From assembly GCA_030591685.1 (NCBI GenBank), contig JAUVAX010000013.1, forward strand, positions 1 through 59,858: 59,858 bases of DNA. The letters are read 5' to 3'. The notes beneath the pieces are model-generated. The model was given only the letters and a program-made list of their open reading frames with translations. It did no database searches and was not told the DNA's origin. Position numbers and translations under genes: made by a program. Shown piece after piece: positions 19,574 to 28,174 of the stretch. The DNA is from Pseudobdellovibrionaceae bacterium (GTDB lineage Bacteria > Bdellovibrionota > Bdellovibrionia > Bdellovibrionales > UBA1609). How positions within the stretch are numbered: the stretch's first letter is position 1; every line of letters begins with the position of its first letter.

Positions 19574-21811
19574 GTGAAAACAGTTTTTATTTTTAGCTTA
19601 CTTATAAGCCTTGGTGCTTGGGCTCAAATGCAGCCTTTAAATGAAGAGTTCAAAGCGACTTCAAGTACAAAGTATTATAGCTTCTCTAAAGGTGAAAAGG
19701 GACCCGCTCAGAGAACCTATCGGCGATTGTATGAGATTAAAAAAAGTTTTTATAGTAAAGATGGACTTAAATGCATAAGGCTCACTAATAAATACAGAAA
19801 AAACTATAAAACAATTTCAAACCAGTTGCTTAACCAGCAGCTGCAATGTGCATTGATTTTAGATACATCAATTAAATCAAACAGAGGTCGTTTAAAAAAA
19901 ATTGTGAACAGGGCTCAAAATCAACTATTAAAGTTTGGCGGCCAAAGGGTTAAGTCGGAAATTTTAGAGAACTATGTGAAGTTGGCTTTAGTTGTTTTTG
20001 AAAACTCTATACGGGATGATCGCCCAGCGGGCTGGGGTTATTTTGAGAATCTGCAAGCTTACTTGAGTGTAATGACTAAGGAGCAAAAATACTTTTTTTA
20101 TAAAACAGCAGGGGAGCTGGCTTTTATTCAACAAAAAGTGGGCCCAGCAAAAATATTTTTTCAAAGAAGCTTAGAGTATAAAGATTCAAATGAATTAAAA
20201 GATAAATTAAGAGCACTCGACCCTCGTTTGTTTCTAAATGAACCCTCTGAAAAAGAAAATCAAAAAGATGAGGTGTTGCTTGCAGCAGCTTCTGATGCTG
20301 AAAAAGAGCTTGTCACAAGACTTAGACGCACATTACAGGCTCATGAGTTAGTGCTGGCCATTGACGATGGCGTCCAGATTATAAGTCAATTTCCGTCCAG
20401 CTTTTATGCCCAGTGGGCTGAAAAAGAGATGCTTCGTATTTACTTTAATTTGACCTCTAAATCTGCGGGGAAATATGCCCTTGTGAAATTTAAAATCCGC
20501 AAGTTGTTGCATGATTTAGATGGGCCACGGCTTTTAAGTTGGGCTAAAAAGTTTTTTTATAGAGGATACTATGCAGATAGCTACTGGTTTGCCAGTCAGG
20601 CAGCCCTTAAACTAGAGGGGCAAGTGGCACTTGTCGAGGCTAATAAAGTTGCGGCACGTTCGCTTCACTATATTGGAAAGTACACAAAGGCCGCCGAATA
20701 TTATCAAAAAATTTACGAAATGTCGACGGGAACAAAAGGGGCTGTTGAGGCTTTGTTTCGTTGGGGGCTGATCCGTTACCGCCAAAAGGAATACTCTAAG
20801 GCCTCCTCCTTGTTTGAGCGTTTATTGGCCCTATCAGAGCACTATGGTTATGAAGTCAAAAGTTTATATTGGCTGTGGAGGTCTCGTCAAAATTTAGAAA
20901 ACTCCAATGCCGTTGAACCTGCAAAAAAACTTTATACTAAATACCCACTCACTTACTACGGTATTAGGGCCTATGCTGAAAACAACGGGGGGCTTTTGAA
21001 TTGGGTCATAAAGGAGCCTATGTCGTTTAGCCTGACGTTAAACTTTACTCAATATGAGAGAGAGGCTTATGAAAATTACAAATTATTTGTTAAAAGTGGC
21101 TGGTACCTTGAGGCTGAAAATGAGTTGAGTTTATTGCCTCAGCCAAAAACGGCGCAGCAAAATGTATTTATGGCTAACTTGTGGGTAGGGTCGCATAATA
21201 TTAAAAAGGGTATTGAGTTAACATCCTCTACATTAAGTAATGACTTAAATTTTATTCGAAAAAACATAGTTCAAAACATATTTCCGCGTGTTCACAAAAC
21301 TTCAGTTGATAAGTGGGCCACAAAAAATAAAATAAGCCCTTATTTGGTTTATGCCCTTTTAAGGCAAGAGAGTGCTTTTGATGCCAGAGCAGTGAGCCCA
21401 TCTAATGCCGTAGGTTTAATGCAGTTGGTTTCAGGCACTGCTGAGGAAGTAAGAAAGGATTTAAGTGTTAAAAAGTTTACGTTCCCTGAGAGCTTATTTG
21501 AGCCGGATTTAAATATTCGATTCGGCTCTTTTTATTTAAAAAAAATGATTCGAGCGAATCAAGGGTATATCCCTTTGGCTTTGGCTTCGTATAATGCTGG
21601 GATCGGCCGTCTCTATAGGTGGATGACAGCAAGAAAAGACCTTGTAAACTTAAGGATGACCACTTCGTCGTCCCCTGAGAGTGAAATATGGATTGATGAA
21701 ATGCCTTGGTCCGAAACTCGTCTTTACGTAAAATTTGTTATGAGAAACATGTTGATATACAAGTTGCTCGACCAAAGTCGTGTAGAGCTAACGGATCCAC
21801 TTTGGAATTAA
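19574..21811 (+). CDS. slt: soluble lytic murein transglycosylase (Slt70-like) with TPR repeats
   Basis: RQES catalytic Glu, GLMQL, ASYNAG, ETRLYV. Confidence 0.9.
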   Translation: MKTVFIFSLLISLGAWAQMQPLNEEFKATSSTKYYSFSKGEKGPAQRTYRRLYEIKKSFYSKDGLKCIRLTNKYRKNYKTISNQLLNQQLQCALILDTSIKSNRGRLKKIVNRAQNQLLKFGGQRVKSEILENYVKLALVVFENSIRDDRPAGWGYFENLQAYLSVMTKEQKYFFYKTAGELAFIQQKVGPAKIFFQRSLEYKDSNELKDKLRALDPRLFLNEPSEKENQKDEVLLAAASDAEKELVTRLRRTLQAHELVLAIDDGVQIISQFPSSFYAQWAEKEMLRIYFNLTSKSAGKYALVKFKIRKLLHDLDGPRLLSWAKKFFYRGYYADSYWFASQAALKLEGQVALVEANKVAARSLHYIGKYTKAAEYYQKIYEMSTGTKGAVEALFRWGLIRYRQKEYSKASSLFERLLALSEHYGYEVKSLYWLWRSRQNLENSNAVEPAKKLYTKYPLTYYGIRAYAENNGGLLNWVIKEPMSFSLTLNFTQYEREAYENYKLFVKSGWYLEAENELSLLPQPKTAQQNVFMANLWVGSHNIKKGIELTSSTLSNDLNFIRKNIVQNIFPRVHKTSVDKWATKNKISPYLVYALLRQESAFDARAVSPSNAVGLMQLVSGTAEEVRKDLSVKKFTFPESLFEPDLNIRFGSFYLKKMIRANQGYIPLALASYNAGIGRLYRWMTARKDLVNLRMTTSSSPESEIWIDEMPWSETRLYVKFVMRNMLIYKLLDQSRVELTDPLWN

Positions 21812-21939
21812 GCATTGCAACACAAAATATTGATTAAATAATGAACAAAAGGTGAGTTTTTTTAATGTAAATTTGCTACAAGACTCTGGGTTTTGTAGAC
21901 TATAGTTAGTATATTGTTTAAAAAACGAAAAGTAGGCTT

Positions 21940-23811
21940 ATGTATCGTACGTTATTAGTGTTGTTTTTTTTAATTCTCTCGGGCTGTGCTTCTTTAAATA
22001 AGAGTGACTCGGTGGTTACAACAACGGTTGTGAGCTCCAAAAAAACTGAAGCGAACCTTGAACCTCGTTATATTGGGGATTCATTAACAGAGTTTGACCT
22101 TGTACTTATTAACAAACTAGAGCCGGTCCCTAAAAAAGGGTATGCCGCCATTGAAAAGTGGTTAAATTACTTTCAGGGGCGCGGTAAAAAACACATGCAG
22201 CGGTATTTACAGCGCTCTACTCGCTACATCCCATTAATGAAACAAATTTTAAGACAAGAGGGGCTCCCTGAGGACCTTGTTTATATTTCATTAATTGAGT
22301 CGGGGTTTAACCCGAAGGCTTATTCATATGCTGCTGCGGTGGGGTATTGGCAATTCATTCGCCCAACAGGTCGGCAGTATAAACTTAAAATTTCTACTTT
22401 TGTAGATGAAAGGCGTGACCCGGTGGCCTCAACTCGGGCTGCCGCGAACTACTTTAAAGCACTGTATAACATGTTTGATAGTTGGTACCTCTCAATGGCC
22501 TCTTATAATTCGGGTGAGTCTCGGGTCAAGAGATCTCTAAGACGGTATAGAGCGACAACTTTTTGGGACATCGCTCGAAAACGGCGACTCCCCGCTGAAA
22601 CTCGTAACTATGTCCCTAAGTTTATAGCCGCAAAATTAATTGCTACAAACCCCTCTCGGTTTGGGTTTAAAAACTTGGAGTACCATGAACAGTTAAGTTT
22701 CGACAGTGTTCAGGTGAGCAAGCCAATTAGCATAAAAAAGTTGGCAAAAAAAATGGGCATACCTGTTGATGAAATCAAAAGGTTGAACCCTGCGCTGAGG
22801 TCTAACTACTTACCTGTTTATCTAGGCACTAAGACAGCTGTTCGGGTGCCAAAGGGGTACGGTATTTCTGCGGCGGGCTTTTTGGACGAGGCCATCTCTA
22901 AACCACCCAAATACATTGCTGGTGCGGGTTTAATTTATAGAATTAGAAGGGGAGATAGCCTTTACAAAATAGCCCGTAAGTATGGGACGACGATTACGCG
23001 GTTAAGACACGAAAATGGGCTGCGGCGGCGATCGATTTTACGAATTGGTAAAAAAATAAGAATTCCAGAACGTCGTATTCGTACAAAGCGTCGAGGTCGT
23101 AGGTATGTGGCTCAAAACCATAAAGGCAAGAAATACAGAGTTCGCAAGGGAGACAGCCTTTATGTGATTGCTCGTCGATTTGGTACGACTATTTCGAAGT
23201 TGCGATTTTTAAATGGAATGAGGCGACGGTCTGTTTTAAAAATTGGTCGGTTAATTCAGCTTCCAGCAAAAAGCTATAAAGTGACAAGAAATAAGAGTAC
23301 GAGCTCATCGGTAACACCTTGGGGGCATTACAGAGTTAGAAGTGGGGACAGTTTATACACAATCGCCCGAAAATTTAAAACAACCATTGCTAAGTTAAGA
23401 AGGTTAAATAACTTAGGCCGTAGATCTATGATTAAACCGGGGCTATTATTAGTTGTTTCTGAGAAGACCTCGCCTGTGGGGCCTAAAATGATCTCTCAAA
23501 GGGGTTCAAAGGGTGATAACCTGTACTCGGTTATCCGAGTGAGGCGGGGGCAAAATTTAAGTTATTTAGCTCAGAGGTATAAAACTTCTATCTCTGATTT
23601 AAAGAAAATAAATAACTTAAAGACCTCAGGCCTAAGAGTGGGGCAAACCCTTAGGGTTCCAAAGCGCAAGTTTCATGTGGTTCAGCCCGGAGAGACTCTG
23701 ATTCATATTGCTAAAAGGTATGAAGTGAGTTTGCCGCGGCTTAAAAGGGCGAACCTTATAAAGAATTCCTCAAGAATAATGGCAGGGCGGCAAATTTATA
23801 TCCCTAAGTAA
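21940..23811 (+). CDS. mltD: MltD-like lytic transglycosylase lipoprotein with five C-terminal LysM domains
   Basis: Lipobox LSG-C; IESGFNP, GYWQF, DERRDP, SYNSG, ETRNYVPK; five GD/GQ/GE-[ST/N]L..IA LysM motifs. Confidence 0.92.
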   Translation: MYRTLLVLFFLILSGCASLNKSDSVVTTTVVSSKKTEANLEPRYIGDSLTEFDLVLINKLEPVPKKGYAAIEKWLNYFQGRGKKHMQRYLQRSTRYIPLMKQILRQEGLPEDLVYISLIESGFNPKAYSYAAAVGYWQFIRPTGRQYKLKISTFVDERRDPVASTRAAANYFKALYNMFDSWYLSMASYNSGESRVKRSLRRYRATTFWDIARKRRLPAETRNYVPKFIAAKLIATNPSRFGFKNLEYHEQLSFDSVQVSKPISIKKLAKKMGIPVDEIKRLNPALRSNYLPVYLGTKTAVRVPKGYGISAAGFLDEAISKPPKYIAGAGLIYRIRRGDSLYKIARKYGTTITRLRHENGLRRRSILRIGKKIRIPERRIRTKRRGRRYVAQNHKGKKYRVRKGDSLYVIARRFGTTISKLRFLNGMRRRSVLKIGRLIQLPAKSYKVTRNKSTSSSVTPWGHYRVRSGDSLYTIARKFKTTIAKLRRLNNLGRRSMIKPGLLLVVSEKTSPVGPKMISQRGSKGDNLYSVIRVRRGQNLSYLAQRYKTSISDLKKINNLKTSGLRVGQTLRVPKRKFHVVQPGETLIHIAKRYEVSLPRLKRANLIKNSSRIMAGRQIYIPK

Positions 23812-23844
23812 ATTTATAGTTAAAAGCTGTAGTAAGTTTAAATC

Positions 23845-23875
23845 AAAAAAAAAGACCGTAAGTTTCCTTACGGCC
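23845..23875 (-). terminator. rho-independent terminator (minus strand)
   Basis: GGCCGTAAG-GAAA-CTTACGGTC followed by T9. Confidence 0.85.
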
Positions 23876-23948
23876 CCGCTTAAGTGAGTTGAGGTTTTGA
23901 AACCTCAAAAATACCAATCCTTTGGTAGGCTGTACCTTATAACTCCAG

Positions 23949-23993
23949 CTACTTCGGAGGAGGATCCAGGTTTAAATCCTTTGGTAAATACAT
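23949..23993 (-). CDS. candidate 14-aa peptide MYLPKDLNLDPPPK
   Basis: ATG preceded by a G-rich SD-like run (AGGGGGGG-tgcaagc-ATG); ends in TAG. Confidence 0.3.
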   Translation of the reverse strand: MYLPKDLNLDPPPK

Positions 23994-24273
23994 GCTTGCA
24001 CCCCCCCTGTTTTTTTTACTTCTCTACTCTCAGAAAAAACCTTAAATACCACTTATATAAATATACCGCAAAGCGTCGAGCATGTGAAGACTAAGGTCTG
24101 CTTTGGGCCACATCGGGACATTCAATATGGGAATTTTAAGAGGCTCACTTTGAAGCTCTTGATACTAGGCATATGTAATCGAGGAGAGGTTGTTATTAAA
24201 ATTGAATAGACTCAAATGTATTGTCATTTTTTAAATGAACAATCGTTGAGGCGTTGAATTGGCCGGGAGCTTA

Positions 24274-25038
24274 TCAAAAATATTTTCGGTAGCTCACTTC
24301 AAGAGCGAATTCTTTTTGATGGTCAAAGGAGGCTGGGGTAGCCGATTCGTTGACCATAATATTATACCCGACAGACGTAATGAGGTCTCCGTAGTCAGTT
24401 CGCCATGAGGGGTAAACTTTTAAATCAATCCAGTGGGTTCCATTTGTAGCGTTACGATCATTGGATAAAATTTTGTAACTAACACTGTAGGCCCATAAAA
24501 AGCTCTGTAGCTCTTTTTCATAAAAGTAAGCGAGGTTAATGATGTCTCCAAGCTGAGTAAGGGGGCTTATTTGATTATTTGTGGTGTAGTCGAGCCGGAC
24601 CCCTCCGCCATAGCTCATTTCATACCCCAAAGTAAGGCCATAGGATGCGGCCCCGTACTGAACGCCTCCGGAGCCTCCCTCGGTATTAAGGCTTAAATTA
24701 AGCCCCCCGTTAAGGCCATTATCTTTGGAGCCCTTTACGTAGATGTTAGGCCGCTCAAGGCCGCTGAGGGACCCACCAAGGTCAACGTAGGCAACTCGTG
24801 CACCTACAGAGAGTGACTTAGTGAACCCTTTCTCGTAGTTAAAAAGGAGGCGCGTAGCGTTTTGATCTACAGAGGGGCCTATTTTGGGGGTTATATTTAA
24901 AGAGCTATATTTAAGCCCTCCCTCCAGTAATGTTTGGCCCTCTCCGGCTTGGATGAACTGCTCCGTATGATGAGCATGGGCTGTCTTAAGCCCCGCTGTC
25001 ATAGATAGGATAATAAAACAAACCGCACTTAATCTCAT
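24274..25038 (-). CDS. outer-membrane beta-barrel protein
   Basis: Signal peptide (AHA), alternating aromatic/Gly strands, C-terminal YRKYF. Confidence 0.7.
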   Translation of the reverse strand: MRLSAVCFIILSMTAGLKTAHAHHTEQFIQAGEGQTLLEGGLKYSSLNITPKIGPSVDQNATRLLFNYEKGFTKSLSVGARVAYVDLGGSLSGLERPNIYVKGSKDNGLNGGLNLSLNTEGGSGGVQYGAASYGLTLGYEMSYGGGVRLDYTTNNQISPLTQLGDIINLAYFYEKELQSFLWAYSVSYKILSNDRNATNGTHWIDLKVYPSWRTDYGDLITSVGYNIMVNESATPASFDHQKEFALEVSYRKYF

Positions 25039-25273
25039 TGAGAGCCCCTTTTAAAAACACCATTCACACTGACTTAAAGCATTCTACCCCGTTAATATTT
25101 AACGAGTGAAGAGAAATAAACTTTAATGAGATTAAAAGCCTGTTTTTTTTTAGCCCTCGCGTTTAAAGTTACAGATTTTTTAGTTGAAATATTGGTAAGT
25201 TTTAAAAGGGCCGGGCAAAAGCCTGCAGGACACTTTTATGTCGTTTGAAAAGCGACTAAAAACTAATTAAGCC

Positions 25274-26062
25274 TTAAAAGTGAGAGCAAACCTTTTCGGC
25301 CAGTCCGGTAAAAGCTTTAGCTTCGAGGCCTTCGGGGTTGGACTCAACAATTGGGATCCCAGCCTCTGAGCAGAGTCCTACGGCGGGGTTAAAGGGGATT
25401 TCAATCATTTTTAAAATTTTTTGATCCACTAAAAATTTATCTAAGTCTCCCTTTGGGAAAAGCTGCAAGGGCTCCGCGGCCCCGGGGGGGGTAAAACTAG
25501 ACATGTTTTCAACAACACCGAGTAAGGGGACGTTAATTTGATTAAACATATCCATTGCTTTTTTAGCATCAACTAAAGAAATATTTTGAGGGGTGGTGAC
25601 AATGATGGCCCCACTTACAGGTACTTTTTGGGCAATGGTTAGGGGCACGTCTCCTGTGCCAGGGGGTAAATCAATAATCAAGTAATCGAGCTCGCCCCAT
25701 TTAACATCTCTTAAAAATTGATCCAAGGCTTTAAAGATCATAGGTCCGCGCCACACAACGCTAGAGCCTTCTTCAACTAAAAACCCTAAGCTCATAAGTT
25801 TTATCCCAAGACGAACAAGAGGTATAATTTTTTTTTCTTCATCAACTTGTGGGTGCTGATTAATGGCTCCCATCATTCTTGGTAAGCTGGGTCCGTAAAT
25901 ATCAGCATCAAGAAGGCCTACTTTGAGGCCTTTTTGCTTTAAAGCACAAGCCAGGTTTACTGAGGTGGTGCTTTTGCCGACTCCACCCTTGCCTGAGCCA
26001 ACAACAATAATTTGTTTAATGCCTTCAATAGGGGCTTGAGATAAAAAAGGGTTTTGTGACAT
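25274..26062 (-). CDS. mrp: Mrp/ApbC (NBP35-family) P-loop ATPase
   Basis: SGKGGVGKST, DADIYGPS, WRGPM, DLPPGTGD, VTTPQ, VENMS. Confidence 0.93.
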   Translation of the reverse strand: MSQNPFLSQAPIEGIKQIIVVGSGKGGVGKSTTSVNLACALKQKGLKVGLLDADIYGPSLPRMMGAINQHPQVDEEKKIIPLVRLGIKLMSLGFLVEEGSSVVWRGPMIFKALDQFLRDVKWGELDYLIIDLPPGTGDVPLTIAQKVPVSGAIIVTTPQNISLVDAKKAMDMFNQINVPLLGVVENMSSFTPPGAAEPLQLFPKGDLDKFLVDQKILKMIEIPFNPAVGLCSEAGIPIVESNPEGLEAKAFTGLAEKVCSHF

Positions 26063-26292
26063 AGGATAAGGCCTTTTTTTGCAGTGAGTATGTGGTCAAG
26101 CCGAGTCATAGCATAAATTAAAGGGTGTTTTCAAGCCTCACAGGCGGTTTCTTTTAACATTGTACTCTGTGCTGGAGCCCATTTTTTTACGTCTCAGGCT
26201 GCAGGTTAGGGCTTGATTCGATAGTTTATGCTCCTTGAGTTTAAATAGGGTCCATGTAACAATCCCACTTTGAGGGTAACAAAAGGAACACA

Positions 26293-26646
26293 TTGCTAAA
26301 TTATCTTAGTCAACATGTGAGCTATGTATATATTGGTGTTGCAGGCGCGTTACTAATATTTTTCTTTATGGGTAAGAAACAAAAGAGCCAAGGAAAAACA
26401 GATGACTCCTCTGGAGCCTATGATGACTACCTGAGTGATGCGGGGCCAGTGGAGCGTTCATCTAATAAAGCACTTTATTTTAACTTTAGCGGCCATATGT
26501 GGGATGCTTTTGAGGTTTTAGGGGTTACCCCTGAATCCACTGAACTTGAGTTAGAGCGCGCTTATGATGAGGCTCTTGATAGTTTAGAGGGGACCTCTCG
26601 TGAGTTTATAGACTTAGCTTATAGGGTTATTCGAGAAAAGCGCTGA
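26293..26646 (+). CDS. membrane-anchored protein with degenerate J-domain-like C-terminus
   Basis: N-terminal TM; 'DAFEVLGV.PE....ELERAY' resembles J-domain helices I-II; no HPD motif. Confidence 0.6.
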   Translation: MLNYLSQHVSYVYIGVAGALLIFFFMGKKQKSQGKTDDSSGAYDDYLSDAGPVERSSNKALYFNFSGHMWDAFEVLGVTPESTELELERAYDEALDSLEGTSREFIDLAYRVIREKR

Positions 26647-26779
26647 GTCAAAGTTGAGTGGAGATAAGCCTCATATGCTCGAGCTTTGAGCATGGTGGCG
26701 GATCTTTGAAGAGTTGCAAAAAAAACAGCAAAATGATATTTATTTGAGGCTAAAAAAACATATTTTCTAGGGGCTTTAA

Positions 26780-28123
26780 ATGGAAGAAAAAAATCTCGCC
26801 GATCTGCAAACTCTTGTTTCTTTATGTAAGCGACGTGGTTTTATTTATCAGAGCTCAGAGATATACGGTGGCCTTAACTCTTGTTGGGACTATGGCCCTT
26901 TGGGGGCTCAGTTTAAAATGAATGTCAAACAAGCCTGGTGGAAGGCTATGACTCGAAGGCCTGACGTGGTGGGGTTAGATGCGGCTATACTTATGCATCC
27001 CACAGTGTGGAAGGCCTCGGGACATGTCGATGGGTTTTCGGACCCGCTTGTGGACTGTTTGGATTGTAAAAATCGTTTTCGTGAAGATACGGCTGAGAAA
27101 AATAAAGAGTCAAAAACCATATGCCCAAAGTGTGGTTCATTAAACTTGACGGAGCCCAGAAATTTTAACCTCATGTTTGAGACCAATATGGGGGCCGTTA
27201 AAGATGAGTCTTCAGTGGTGTACCTGCGGCCTGAAACAGCTCAAGGTATTTTTGTGAACTTTTTAAACGTACAAACTTCGATGCGTAAAAAAATCCCCTT
27301 TGGGATTGCTCAAATTGGTAAGTCTTTTAGAAACGAAATTACACCGGGTAATTTTACCTTTAGAACCAGAGAATTTGAGCAAATGGAGATGCAATACTTC
27401 ATTAAGCCCGGTACAGACGAAGAGAGCTTTGAAAAGTGGAAGTCTATAAGGTGGGATTTTTATAAAAACATTGGTTTAAGGCTCGATAAGTTGAGATACA
27501 AAGAGCACGGTCTGGGTGAAATAGCTCACTATGCAAAGGCGGCCTTTGATGTAGAGTATGAGTTCCCCATAGGTTGGCAAGAGTTAGAGGGGATCCATAA
27601 TCGAACAAATTTTGATTTAACTCAGCATCAAGAATTTTCAAATAAAAAACTAGAGTACTTTGATGAGGCCGCTAAAGAAAAGTACCTCCCCTATGTTATA
27701 GAAACGGCCGTAGGGTGTGATAGGCTTTGCTTGGCGCTACTTTGTGATTCGTACCGTGAAGAAGTAACAACCCTTGATAATGGCAAGGTGGACACCCGAG
27801 TTGTTTTAAAACTGCAGCCGCAATTTGCCCCTAATAAGGTGGCGATTTTACCGTTGTCTAAAAAAGCACCCTTACAAGAGCTGGCGGGTCAGGTTTTTGA
27901 AACACTGATTAAAGATTTAGAGGTGGAGTACGACGAGGCCGGAAGTATAGGCAAGAGGTATCGCCGCCAAGACGAAATAGGGACCCCATTTTGTATAACA
28001 ATTGATTTTGATAGTCTCGAAGACAAAGCGGTGACTATTAGGCACAGGGATACCATGAAGCAGGAGCGAATCCCGCTAGAAAAAATTGAAATGTATGTAA
28101 AACAGCAATTAGAATCTTTTTAA
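26780..28123 (+). CDS. glyQS: glycine--tRNA ligase, homodimeric type
   Basis: [48 protein letters not shown]. Confidence 0.97.
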   Translation: MEEKNLADLQTLVSLCKRRGFIYQSSEIYGGLNSCWDYGPLGAQFKMNVKQAWWKAMTRRPDVVGLDAAILMHPTVWKASGHVDGFSDPLVDCLDCKNRFREDTAEKNKESKTICPKCGSLNLTEPRNFNLMFETNMGAVKDESSVVYLRPETAQGIFVNFLNVQTSMRKKIPFGIAQIGKSFRNEITPGNFTFRTREFEQMEMQYFIKPGTDEESFEKWKSIRWDFYKNIGLRLDKLRYKEHGLGEIAHYAKAAFDVEYEFPIGWQELEGIHNRTNFDLTQHQEFSNKKLEYFDEAAKEKYLPYVIETAVGCDRLCLALLCDSYREEVTTLDNGKVDTRVVLKLQPQFAPNKVAILPLSKKAPLQELAGQVFETLIKDLEVEYDEAGSIGKRYRRQDEIGTPFCITIDFDSLEDKAVTIRHRDTMKQERIPLEKIEMYVKQQLESF

Positions 28124-28174
28124 GATTTAATAGGTATGGGGTCGTTTTTTTAATAAGCCCTAAGGGAGACATAA

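Larger units (their letters stand above)
23845..24010 (-). ncRNA. candidate small RNA / dual-function RNA
   Basis: Hairpins TACCAA-AGGA-TTGGTA and TTGAGGTTT..AAACCTCAA followed by a terminator; no long ORF on this strand. Confidence 0.4.

Noticed and set aside
23897..24094. 65-aa plus-strand ORF
   Set aside because: TTG start, no recognisable features; the terminator polarity indicates minus-strand transcription
24060..24120. Possible c-di-GMP-I riboswitch (CGCAAAGC...CTAAGG)
   Set aside because: Lacks the GCAAAC...GAAA P2 hairpin and P1/P3 pairing
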